Notes under the pieces: model-generated
What the model was told of the DNA's origin: nothing
Database searches by the model: none
The model's input: only the letters and a program-made list of their open reading frames with translations
DNA from: a phage
Direction: 5' to 3' (one strand)
Sequence record: OZ336094.1
Length of the DNA stretch: 64,000 bases
Made by a program: the position numbers and the translations under genes
Shown here: one piece after another, positions 38,064 through 46,497 of the stretch
Layout of the letters: each line of letters opens with the position of its first letter
How positions within the stretch are numbered: the stretch's first letter is position 1

Positions 38064-38492
38064 TTATTCTCCAAATCGAAAGTCGTCAATATCATCAAAC
38101 CATACACAATAGCGAGTCCTTTCTTTTTCTGTTGCAGACATTGTTTCAACAGCTTTAGGACTAAGCACAACAGGAATGTAACGAATAGGTCGTTCATAAT
38201 AGTAGCCATACTTTTCTGTATTAGCTGCCTCAAAGACTTTACGGCGTTCTTCAAGATCTTCTATGGTGAATCCTACCATATAACCATCATATTTGCTACC
38301 CCATCCTTCCTCACTTTCAACAATTGGGATATAAAAGCCGTTACGCGTCCCTGACACTGATTTTTCTTGAGCCTGAAGGCAAGCCTCCCATCCTGCTTTA
38401 AAGACGTTATAGAGCGATTTACGCACGTTATGAGTGCCGCTTTCGCTTGCTGGATAGAGTTCATTAAACTTGTCTTGGATTTGTTGTGTCAT
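38064..38492 (-). CDS. Hypothetical protein, 142 aa
   Basis: Track ORF. Confidence 0.45.
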   Translation of the reverse strand: MTQQIQDKFNELYPASESGTHNVRKSLYNVFKAGWEACLQAQEKSVSGTRNGFYIPIVESEEGWGSKYDGYMVGFTIEDLEERRKVFEAANTEKYGYYYERPIRYIPVVLSPKAVETMSATEKERTRYCVWFDDIDDFRFGE

Positions 38493-38635
38493 ACTCGCCC
38501 CTTAGTGATTATTTGACCAGCTAAACAAATAGCTTGTAGTACAATAAAGAAGTAGCCTAATTTTACACTACCCAATACCCAGAATGCAATGTTTGCAAAC
38601 AAACAAAAAGCAATATTAAGTCTAAAGAATAACAT

Positions 38636-38836
38636 TTAATCCCCTTCATATTTAGGTAAAGGCATATATGCCACAATAGGAGGGTAATCAAAGTGAAAAT
38701 GATGGTTCACCACAATAATCTTACCAGACATACTTTTATGCACTTCACAATACCCTTTTCCACCATCTTCCATTACCACCACATACTCACCTAGTGGGAT
38801 ATCGTATGGATCTTCTACTTTTACCCATTCTGTCAT
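38636..38836 (-). CDS. Hypothetical protein, 66 aa
   Basis: Track ORF in overlapping array. Confidence 0.4.
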   Translation of the reverse strand: MTEWVKVEDPYDIPLGEYVVVMEDGGKGYCEVHKSMSGKIIVVNHHFHFDYPPIVAYMPLPKYEGD

Positions 38837-39102
38837 TTTGGAAACACCTCTTGTCCATCTTCATGCATTTGTAGTAAAGTTTCACAGATTTCATACACAT
38901 CTTGATATGTTACAACTGAGAGATCAGATTCTTGATCTTCGACAAGCATAGCACAAAGAGCTTTAATGTCAATACCTTTACAATGTTCCGTAGCTATACG
39001 GTACATTTCACCATCCTCCCAAACAATTGGTTGCGGAAGCAAAACGTCTGTACCATCTTCACAAGTTACAATGTAGTCTGCAATATTATCACGAATTTTC
39101 AT
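38833..39102 (-). CDS. Hypothetical protein, 89 aa
   Basis: Track ORF, 4-nt overlap with neighbours. Confidence 0.4.
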   Translation of the reverse strand: MKIRDNIADYIVTCEDGTDVLLPQPIVWEDGEMYRIATEHCKGIDIKALCAMLVEDQESDLSVVTYQDVYEICETLLQMHEDGQEVFPK

Positions 39103-39356
39103 TGTACTACCCCCTTAAATCCAGATGTGCTGCCAGTTTTAACTTTTGCTTTAAGATGTTCCAACTCTACCATAGGTGTTGCTACTTGTATAGGATTTTC
39201 CTCAACCTCATGGATATAATATTCATAATAAGCATACTTACCAATAGAATGCAGATACTTAATTGCATGTTCAGGCGAATCTGCTTCGACATACCCTAAA
39301 TCTTTTGTGGTACGACCTTCGCAATCACCTTCGGTAGTTACATGATAAAGTGTCAT
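39099..39356 (-). CDS. Hypothetical protein, 85 aa
   Basis: Track ORF. Confidence 0.4.
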   Translation of the reverse strand: MTLYHVTTEGDCEGRTTKDLGYVEADSPEHAIKYLHSIGKYAYYEYYIHEVEENPIQVATPMVELEHLKAKVKTGSTSGFKGVVQ

Positions 39357-39517
39357 AAAACCTCCTCATAGTAAGGTAAAGCCTTGATCAGTTGTTCTGA
39401 AGTGCCATTTTGCACCCACGTAACACCCTTGTCAACAGAAACTTACCCTTTTTTGTCAATAAATTTACGCAGACAGCCAGTGAACTTATTTTTGTAGATA
39501 GCCATGTTTACTCCTTG

Positions 39518-39874
39518 TTACATCCACAGATTATGAAAATACTTAGCAAACAAAATGCGACCTTCTAAACGATCTTGCCGCTGTTTTTCATTAACTTCTT
39601 CTGGTGGAGTTGAGTCCTTAAAAGAAGACTCTATTTTTTCAAGAATTTCTAACCAGTGTTCTGCTGCTCGTTCTTCCATATAAGGTAGATAGTCACCTTT
39701 AGCGTGTGGGTACATCCGACGAAGTAACCCACTAGGAATTTTAACATTGTTTGTGGCTATCACTTTTGCACGATATGCAGAAAGTGCATTGTAGATCAGT
39801 TTACTTAGTGTCACATCTAAGTCAAGAAGATCACTCTCTTCAAATTGAATTTCATCGTGTACAATTTTCATCAT
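39518..39874 (-). CDS. Hypothetical protein, 118 aa
   Basis: Track ORF. Confidence 0.4.
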   Translation of the reverse strand: MMKIVHDEIQFEESDLLDLDVTLSKLIYNALSAYRAKVIATNNVKIPSGLLRRMYPHAKGDYLPYMEERAAEHWLEILEKIESSFKDSTPPEEVNEKQRQDRLEGRILFAKYFHNLWM

Positions 39875-40155
39875 GCTTTCTCCCGATCTGCCTCTAATTT
39901 CAATAAGAAAGCTGTATACTCTTCCGAGCCTTGGTGTAAAAACATGCGATAAGAGCTTACTAGTTTCTTCGTTGTCGTATAACGTTCCATTTCCCCAACA
40001 ACACCTCCACCCAAGGTGTAGAGCACAACACCCTCAAACCCAACATGAGTTACTACTTCAATCAAATCTGTGTTATCCCAATGGTAGTTAGGTGACACAA
40101 TAAGATCGCCAACTGCCAATTTAATGTTTGCTGCTTCGTCTTGTGAATAGTACAT
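39871..40155 (-). CDS. Hypothetical protein, 94 aa
   Basis: Track ORF. Confidence 0.4.
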   Translation of the reverse strand: MYYSQDEAANIKLAVGDLIVSPNYHWDNTDLIEVVTHVGFEGVVLYTLGGGVVGEMERYTTTKKLVSSYRMFLHQGSEEYTAFLLKLEADREKA

Positions 40156-40167
40156 TTTGTTCTCCTC

Positions 40168-40458
40168 TCACATTAAGACACGTTTTGTATTGATGGGGGC
40201 ATTGTCGAACATGTTTATCACTTTGTCAAGTTTGTGTATTAACTCGTTCGTAATGTTCCACTCTTTGTATGATCTCCATTGCTTCTTATTCTCACCTACC
40301 TGGTGTAAAACTTTGATTGGTGCGTTCAAACGTACATTGCGTTCTTTATCCTCTTCAAAAGAGGCTAACCATTTTTCGTTATGCCCATGAACAGCAATAA
40401 TAATGCCAAAACCATCAAAAGTTTCTGTAATATTCTTAGTTGCTAGTGTGATGTTCAT
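40168..40458 (-). CDS. Hypothetical protein, 96 aa (first gene of the minus-strand block)
   Basis: Track ORF next to the divergent intergenic region. Confidence 0.4.
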   Translation of the reverse strand: MNITLATKNITETFDGFGIIIAVHGHNEKWLASFEEDKERNVRLNAPIKVLHQVGENKKQWRSYKEWNITNELIHKLDKVINMFDNAPINTKRVLM

Positions 40459-40517
40459 ATCTAACCTCTTTTGTTACGATACACACAGAGTACCAGAAAT
40501 TAATTTCAGATCAAGTA

Positions 40518-40547
40518 TTGACATACTGTTTTATTGTGCTAATCTTA
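40518..40547 (+). promoter_or_regulatory. Sigma70-like promoter (TTGACA-N18-TAATCT) at the strand-switch region
   Basis: Exact TTGACA at about 40518; AT-rich spacer; precedes RBS gaggag and ATG at 40578. Confidence 0.4.
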
Positions 40548-40577
40548 ATGCATACACAAATGAGAGGAGATAAACGA

Positions 40578-41129
40578 ATGCAAAACACCGATCTGACTTG
40601 GATAGAAGCCAAAGAAGCAATGTTAAAAGGCAAGCGCGTTAAACATAAATACTTTTGCGAAGGAGAATGGTTTGAAATGCGTAACCGATCCATTGTAGAT
40701 GAAAAAGGGAATGACATGCAACAATGGTTCAAAAATGAAATTTGGCAGGGAACAGGTTGGTCTATAGTTGAAGAGCAGCCTAGCCCAAGCGCACTGTTTA
40801 GCCCTATTATGTATCGCGTTATCGGTGCTTTAGTTGTTGATCACGGGATTGCAGTGGAAAAAGAATGCTGGGAAGAGGTATCTTTTTTCAACCTGGCTTC
40901 TTATGCAAAAAGCCATATGCACTTGTTTGAAGAAGGGGATGAATTTGTTCTTCGTATGCGATATGGCAAAGAATTCAGATTACCACTTGATAACGATGTA
41001 GACACTGTTGTAAAATGGTTAGCAGAGCATTATGCTTACGATGCAATTTGTGGTCGCAGCTTCGGCAACGAACGCTGGGACATGATTTGTGAAAAATATG
41101 ATTTTGAGCCGGAATACGGAGTTTTATAA
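40578..41129 (+). CDS. Hypothetical protein, 183 aa (start refined)
   Basis: Track ORF 40518..41129 begins at a TTG inside the promoter; ATG at 40578 has RBS gagaggag. Confidence 0.5.
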   Translation: MQNTDLTWIEAKEAMLKGKRVKHKYFCEGEWFEMRNRSIVDEKGNDMQQWFKNEIWQGTGWSIVEEQPSPSALFSPIMYRVIGALVVDHGIAVEKECWEEVSFFNLASYAKSHMHLFEEGDEFVLRMRYGKEFRLPLDNDVDTVVKWLAEHYAYDAICGRSFGNERWDMICEKYDFEPEYGVL

Positions 41130-41380
41130 TGTTAAGCATCAAACCTAAAATGATAACAGAAGACGAAGCAGACTTTATTTTCAAATGTGGACGTGTATGG
41201 AGAGAATTCACAAAAGGAAATGAAGTGGTGGTTGTTGTCGAACACAAGATATCTATTCAGGATCTGTTTGGACAATATGTTGATGTTATTAAATTAGGTA
41301 TTGACAAAGGTTTAGTTGAGGTGTTAACCTTAGATCAAGTTGAAGCAGAGCATCTCGATAAAGTAGTGGTTGAATTTTAA
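41129..41380 (+). CDS. Hypothetical protein, 83 aa
   Basis: Track ORF; TAATG stop/start overlap. Confidence 0.45.
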   Translation: MLSIKPKMITEDEADFIFKCGRVWREFTKGNEVVVVVEHKISIQDLFGQYVDVIKLGIDKGLVEVLTLDQVEAEHLDKVVVEF

Positions 41381-41400
41381 AATACAGATGGGAGAAAGGT

Positions 41401-41574
41401 ATGAGTTTCTTTGTTACAGTATTTATGGCTATCTGGATTGTAGTCTCACTCGTTCTTTTCCTGGTGGGTTGTCTGGAAGAGATTAAGAAAGCGGTTATTT
41501 GCGGTTTCTTTGGCTTTATTATCTCTCCTGCCTGGATGTGGTTCTTCATTATGATTGGTTTCCTTAAAAGGTAA
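41401..41574 (+). CDS. Hypothetical small membrane protein, 57 aa
   Basis: Hand-translated (MSFFVTVFMAIWIVVSLVLFLVGCLEE...), RBS gggagaaagg; two hydrophobic segments. Confidence 0.4.
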   Translation: MSFFVTVFMAIWIVVSLVLFLVGCLEEIKKAVICGFFGFIISPAWMWFFIMIGFLKR

Positions 41575-41588
41575 GTGAGGAATAAAGA

Positions 41589-42026
41589 ATGAGTAAAACA
41601 AACGCAATCGCAGATAAAGCAACGGATGTACTTCTGAACATGGTTAACGTCACTATTCAAACAATGAGTGATGTTGTGGAGTTTGGAAAACAACAAATTC
41701 CAGAAGTAATCCATCAATTGTTAGTGTGGAAAGCAGTATCCGCAGGTTTATGGCAACTTTTTAGTATTTGCTTTATGTTTATTACTTTTATTGCTGTGCG
41801 GAACCTCGTAAAAGCAATTAAAGATAAAGAATGCCTGTGGTCACGAGATCGCTATGGTGAAGTATCTGCTTTACCTATTGTTGGCCTTGTTGTCTGTGCT
41901 TTCTTTTTCTTTTTAGGACTTGTTATTTTCTTTTCGAATTTTGATTGGCTAAAAATCATTATTGCACCAAAAGTGTATCTGATTGAATTTGCTGCTGATT
42001 TAATTCGTTCATCTCAACAAAAATAA
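41589..42026 (+). CDS. Hypothetical membrane protein, 145 aa
   Basis: RBS gtgaggaat; three or four hydrophobic segments. Confidence 0.5.
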   Translation: MSKTNAIADKATDVLLNMVNVTIQTMSDVVEFGKQQIPEVIHQLLVWKAVSAGLWQLFSICFMFITFIAVRNLVKAIKDKECLWSRDRYGEVSALPIVGLVVCAFFFFLGLVIFFSNFDWLKIIIAPKVYLIEFAADLIRSSQQK

Positions 42027-42037
42027 AAGGGGTTAAA

Positions 42038-43165
42038 ATGAAATACACGATTTATGGTGATATTGTAAGTGTAAATAAAGATATGGGCGTGGAATCTAAC
42101 TATCTTCCACCTGGATTCTATACTGTTAGTCGTGATCCCCTTGGCAATTACTTTTTAAGCCGTGGTAATCTAACAGGTGTACCGGATGTTCTGTATGGTG
42201 AAACAGAAAAACGAGCAAATCACGTTATTCGTACATTCCATCGCCGGAGTGCACAAGGTAAAAATACAGGTTTGCTCCTGACAGGCACTAAGGGCAGTGG
42301 TAAAACTATGTTAGCCAAACTCATTAGTCGTGACCTTGTAGAAGAAGGTATTCCAACTATTATGGTTACTCAAGCCTACAGTGATGCTAATTTCATTGAA
42401 CTTATTAGCAAGATCACAGACAAAGCAGTGATTATTTTTGATGAATTTGATAAAGTATATGAGAAGAAACAAGATCAAGAAGCACTTCTCACTTTGTTAG
42501 ATGGTACTGGCAGTGGTAATAAACTGTTTATTCTAACTAAAAACAGTGGCTTTATCTCTGAATTCTTTCTAAATCGTCCTAGTCGTGTGTTTTATAATTT
42601 TAATTATGATAAAATCTCACTAGAAACTATGATTGACTATTTAGATAAAAACCTGGATAACAAAGCACACTTTGATAATTTCCAAAGGCTTTGGGATGTA
42701 AGTTTAGAGTTGTCCTTTGATGTGATCCAAGGTATAGTAGAAGAACTTAATTTCTACCCTGATTTATCCTTTAAAGAATGCATCTCTATGATGGGCGTTT
42801 CTTTGGGTGGTGGTAATAAGTGGGATATCAGCAGCGTTGTTATTAATGGGAAACTTCAGAAAGTTAGCTGGGTATCTAGTTGGCATAACTTCACACCTGC
42901 AATCTTTTTAGGTGGCTCGTGCACACTAGACGTGTACTTGTCATCTCCAAGTGATGCAGACTCTAAAGAAGCCCTTGCTAATAGCTCTTACGTGGTTTTT
43001 GATGATGAAGGAGATGCTCGAATTCCATTGAATGCGACAAAAATGAAAGCAGATCTTATTACAGGCGGTAAAATCGTTGTGTTTAGTGATGATCCAGAAG
43101 ATTCTTTCCGTATTGTTCTGGAACCAACTATCACCAATGGTGCAACTTTGGCAAGCGTGTTTTAA
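42038..43165 (+). CDS. AAA+ ATPase, paralog B
   Basis: Walker A GTKGSGKT, Walker B IIFDEFDK, LTKN, LNRPSR; about 45-50% identity by eye to 26382..27542. Confidence 0.6.
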   Translation: MKYTIYGDIVSVNKDMGVESNYLPPGFYTVSRDPLGNYFLSRGNLTGVPDVLYGETEKRANHVIRTFHRRSAQGKNTGLLLTGTKGSGKTMLAKLISRDLVEEGIPTIMVTQAYSDANFIELISKITDKAVIIFDEFDKVYEKKQDQEALLTLLDGTGSGNKLFILTKNSGFISEFFLNRPSRVFYNFNYDKISLETMIDYLDKNLDNKAHFDNFQRLWDVSLELSFDVIQGIVEELNFYPDLSFKECISMMGVSLGGGNKWDISSVVINGKLQKVSWVSSWHNFTPAIFLGGSCTLDVYLSSPSDADSKEALANSSYVVFDDEGDARIPLNATKMKADLITGGKIVVFSDDPEDSFRIVLEPTITNGATLASVF

Positions 43166-43181
43166 GTAAGCCAGCAAATAA

Positions 43182-43206
43182 AAACCCGCTCCGGCGGGTT
43201 TTCTTG
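43182..43206 (+). terminator. Intrinsic terminator (ACCCGC-TCCG-GCGGGT + T-run)
   Basis: GC stem followed by tttcttgtatt. Confidence 0.55.
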
Positions 43207-43239
43207 TATTGATGCCAGATTTAATAAGAGGAGTAATAG

Positions 43240-44412
43240 ATGACAGCACCAAAATCATGGGAACAATATAAAGAAGAATTAACACCCCTTGCTAAAAATC
43301 GCAATATTCAAATCCTGGGTTATGTTGGTGAATGGAAAGGGAACAAGACTAAACTTAAGCTATCTTGCCCTAAACATGGAGAGTGGAACACCACGAACAT
43401 TAATGATTTTAAGAAGGGACGTGGTTGTCCTATCTGTTCTGGTAAGAAGCCGTTAACATGGGAAACAGAATTGCCGATCTTGGAAGAGATAGCACAGAAG
43501 AGGGGGTATCAGGTGTTAGGGTACGTGGGAGAATGGAAAGGGAATAAAACAAAACTTGATTTGTTGTGTCATTGTGGTAATAAATGGGATACTACAAGTA
43601 TTAACAATTTTAAACGTGGTAGCGGTTGTCCACAATGTAAGAGGGAGAGACAAACAATGTCCGACGATCAACATATTGCAGATTTCTTTTCTACAGGGGA
43701 ATTTAAGGAAGGCACTATCTTCACCAATACAGGGAAACGTAACAAGCGTGATACAGTATGGATGGTTGAGTGTCCTGTTTGCTCCCATGATGAATATGTT
43801 CAAGCAGGTGTTTGTGATGGTAAATTTTACTCTGCAGGACATAACCTTAAACAAGGGTATATTCCGTGTCGTTGTGGGAACTATCAGTATACAGAAGACC
43901 AGATCACCTATAGGGTAAAAAAGGAAGTAGAAGGGAAAGGGTATGTCTGGGTAGATTGGATTACCAAACCCTCTTCTATAGGTAAGTTTAAATATCTTTG
44001 TCTTGTGCATGGTGAGCAGATAGGGAGTGCTCGTAATTTATTAAGCCTCGGTCAAGGTTGTCCACAGTGTGCTGGTCATAATCAACAGCAATTATATATT
44101 AATATTGTTAAAGATAATGATATTATAGTTGCTCTTAAGTTTGGTATATCTAAAGATAGCGATAGACGATTAAACGGTCAAAATAGCCGTAATCTGTTTT
44201 TTATGGAGCGTATTTGTTTATATGATTTTAGCACAGTGAAACAATGTAGGGCTGCTGAAAGAGCTATAAAGAAAAAATTAAAAACTGGTATTTTAACGGC
44301 AAGAGAGTTGAAAGATGGTTATACAGAAACAGTAAGTGTTTCTGATTTGGAAAATCTTCAAAAAATTATTACACAATATGGTGGCAAATTAGTATACAGT
44401 AAGGAGATGTAA
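43240..44412 (+). CDS. Zinc-ribbon repeat protein with C-terminal GIY-YIG-like (T5orf172-type) domain; possible nuclease / homing-endonuclease-like
   Basis: Repeated modules LGYVGEWKGNKTKL..C..G.W.T..IN.FK.G.GCP.C; C-terminus LYINIVKDNDIIVALKFGISKDSDRR resembles GIY...YIG spacing. Confidence 0.35.
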   Translation: MTAPKSWEQYKEELTPLAKNRNIQILGYVGEWKGNKTKLKLSCPKHGEWNTTNINDFKKGRGCPICSGKKPLTWETELPILEEIAQKRGYQVLGYVGEWKGNKTKLDLLCHCGNKWDTTSINNFKRGSGCPQCKRERQTMSDDQHIADFFSTGEFKEGTIFTNTGKRNKRDTVWMVECPVCSHDEYVQAGVCDGKFYSAGHNLKQGYIPCRCGNYQYTEDQITYRVKKEVEGKGYVWVDWITKPSSIGKFKYLCLVHGEQIGSARNLLSLGQGCPQCAGHNQQQLYINIVKDNDIIVALKFGISKDSDRRLNGQNSRNLFFMERICLYDFSTVKQCRAAERAIKKKLKTGILTARELKDGYTETVSVSDLENLQKIITQYGGKLVYSKEM

Positions 44413-44964
44413 ATGCGGATTACTGATAAGTATGTGTTCTTCTTCTCGGCAAAAGATGAATTTAGCAACTGGTATCTATCATCTTTTATTGAACCTTTAG
44501 CTCCCAAGTATAATAATTCTATTACAAGTTCTGTTGAATTTACTTGTGTGGAACAATATATGATGTGGAGAAAAGCATGTTTGTTTTATGATTACAACAT
44601 TGCATCTTCTATTTTAACCGGAGATCTAAGATATACAGGAGAAAAAGAACAGGCATATTATAAGCGACTAGGTAGATTAGTTAAAGATTACGATGAAGCT
44701 ACTTGGACTTCTTTACGGGAGAAGATTGTCAAGCGTGGTTTGTATCTTAAATACACACAAAATGAAGATCTCAAAAATAAACTTATAACCTACGCAGATA
44801 AGGAGTTCGTAGAGGCAAGCCCTTATGATTCTATTTATGGTATCAAAATGGGGATGTGGGATCGTGATGTGGAAAATAAGGACTGTTGGAAAGGACAAAA
44901 TCTTTTAGGAAAATGGCATACAGACCTTGCTGTTTATCTAAAAACACAATCTGATATTTCCTGA
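44413..44964 (+). CDS. NADAR (YbiA-like, DUF1768) domain protein
   Basis: FFFSAKDEFSNWYLSSF, EQYMMWRKACLF and SIYGIKMGMWDR align with YbiA motifs (FYSTSDDYGDFSNF, EHYFQAQKF, DAYWGDGGHG). Confidence 0.55.
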   Translation: MRITDKYVFFFSAKDEFSNWYLSSFIEPLAPKYNNSITSSVEFTCVEQYMMWRKACLFYDYNIASSILTGDLRYTGEKEQAYYKRLGRLVKDYDEATWTSLREKIVKRGLYLKYTQNEDLKNKLITYADKEFVEASPYDSIYGIKMGMWDRDVENKDCWKGQNLLGKWHTDLAVYLKTQSDIS

Positions 44965-45180
44965 TATTTTGAAAATTTTTATTTTTATAAAAAGGGGTGT
45001 GGGTTTCATGTACGGAAATTCACCCTCTGCACAGTATATCCAGAGTAAGTAGTATTCTACACCCTGTTAATAAAGTATTTAATTTGTTTGTTGGACTATG
45101 GTATCTGATCTTTAAAAGACATACTATCTCTTAACTACTACTTATAACAGAACAGTAAAATCATTTTTATAAAAAGTACA

Positions 45181-45382
45181 AAATTATTTAAAGTTTTTAC
45201 AGATTTTTGGGTACAAATTTTGAAAATGAAAAGTTCAAGTTTGGTCAAAATTATTTAAAGTTTTTGTACGTATTTCTGTCCAGATTTTGAAAATGAAAAC
45301 TTCAATTTTTTAAAAATTCCCCAGTTTATTTAAAGTTTTTTTGCCTTTTTCCGTAGAAAAATCAAAAATGAAAAGTTCAATT
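45181..45382. repeat. Three imperfect direct repeats of about 66-76 bp, each with TATTTAAAGTTTTT and TTGAAAATGAAAAGTTCAA blocks
   Basis: Seen directly; conserved blocks with 34-37 nt spacing; ORF-free AT-rich DNA. Confidence 0.7.
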
Positions 45383-45401
45383 TCGTGTTTTTATAGGTGT
45401 G

Positions 45402-45515
45402 TTAATGAGAATCATTTTCGTTTGTAAATGAGAATCATTATCATTTAACTATGTAAGTGATAATCATTCTCAGTAAGAGAATGAGAATCATTAGCAAATG
45501 AGAATTTTCTCATTT
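45402..45515. promoter_or_regulatory. Array of five or more palindromic AATGA-GAA-TCATT boxes (Fur-box-like)
   Basis: AATGAGAATCATT x3, GTGATAATCATTCTC, and perfect palindrome ATGAGAATTTTCTCAT; one base from the Fur core AATGATAATCATT. Confidence 0.5.
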
Positions 45516-45776
45516 AGAGAATAACGCGCAGGGGCGGTGTTTGTCTCGCGCTCCCGTGTCCCCTCGCCATACAATAAGAATAGCATAACCAACAACAAAA
45601 GCAAGCGATTATTTTTATCTTTACATTTCTTTACAAATTTATTTTAGACGAGCTACCGGCGATCAACCTTCCAACCAGTGCCCCCTGGTATGTTAGCCCC
45701 GCCTTTACGCCGTGGGGGTGGCGTTTCCTCTTCTGTATGTAAAACAGTATAAGCCCGATCCCTGGGCTTGTCAAGA

Positions 45777-46043
45777 TTATTTTTTGTTTTCTTGCCAGGA
45801 TAGGACACCTAACCAAAAATACATGTCGCCCCGCGCCCCTGGCGGGATCTTGCTTTCCCCGCCGCCACTGCAAGCCCATAGATAACCATTAGCGAACGGA
45901 TCAAAATGATCTATTTCTTCCACCTTATGATCGCCCAGGTTGAGAACGGTTTCAACCTTTAAGCCCGTTGCGCTTGCTACCTGGTGCACCGTGCCGCCTT
46001 GCCAGCCTAATGAGTGCATGAGGTGTAGAGTAGTATTTGTCAT
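45777..46043 (-). CDS. Hypothetical protein, 88 aa, in a GC-rich segment
   Basis: Track ORF; RBS aaaggg; local GC well above genome average; adjacent out-of-frame ORF 45631..45879 suggests possible frameshifted remnant. Confidence 0.3.
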   Translation of the reverse strand: MTNTTLHLMHSLGWQGGTVHQVASATGLKVETVLNLGDHKVEEIDHFDPFANGYLWACSGGGESKIPPGARGDMYFWLGVLSWQENKK

Positions 46044-46156
46044 GGTATCGCCCTTTCTTTGATGTGCGCCCTGGTTGGCGCGGTAGAAAGATAATAGCCC
46101 TTTCCTTTATAGATAGCAAGCAAAAAAAAAGAAATGAAAAAAAGATTAAAAAAGGG

Positions 46157-46185
46157 GTTGACGTTCCTCACCTGGTAGCGTATTA
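46157..46185 (+). promoter_or_regulatory. Sigma70-like promoter TTGACG-N17-TATTAT
   Basis: Good -35/-10 with 17-nt spacer; no canonical ORF immediately downstream. Confidence 0.4.
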
Positions 46186-46313
46186 TTCATCTTGTCGAGG
46201 GGGGCGAGGCACAACGACAATAAACAAAAGGAGGGCGCAATGTAGGACGGGCAAAGGTGAGGATCTCCATAATCCACCGTCACAATAACATTACTTATAA
46301 AAGGTTGATAACG

Positions 46314-46409
46314 ATGATCAAGAAAGAAAACAGCTTGACGGTTGGAACGATTAACGCTATCATTCTTGCCGTTCCATTTTGGATTGTAGTTGCGGTTATT
46401 ATTTTTTAA
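46314..46409 (+). CDS. Possible small hydrophobic peptide, 31 aa
   Basis: Hand-translated MIKKENSLTVGTINAIILAVPFWIVVAVIIF; weak RBS. Confidence 0.2.
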   Translation: MIKKENSLTVGTINAIILAVPFWIVVAVIIF

Positions 46410-46417
46410 AAATATTC

Positions 46418-46473
46418 TTGACAACGTTTTTTAATCTGATAAGATGTATCACATAGGGCGGCAATAGTGCCGC
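46418..46473 (+). promoter_or_regulatory. Promoter + 5' stem-loop cassette (TTGACA-N16-TAAGAT; hairpin GCGGCA-ATAG-TGCCGC)
   Basis: Member of repeated cassette family; followed by purine-rich RBS and ATG at 46498. Confidence 0.55.
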
Positions 46474-46497
46474 TCATAACAGAAGAGAGAAATAATC

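Noticed and set aside
45181-45515. Possible CRISPR array in the repeat-rich intergenic region
   Set aside because: Repeats are imperfect, AT-rich and of unequal period with no unique spacers of regular length; they look like iterons or operator arrays.
45540-46150. tRNA or other structured RNA gene in the GC-rich insert and in the 56.5-58 kb gap
   Set aside because: No cloverleaf with a T-loop GTTCRANYC-type motif or acceptor stem was found by eye; a covariance-model scan is still needed to exclude it fully.
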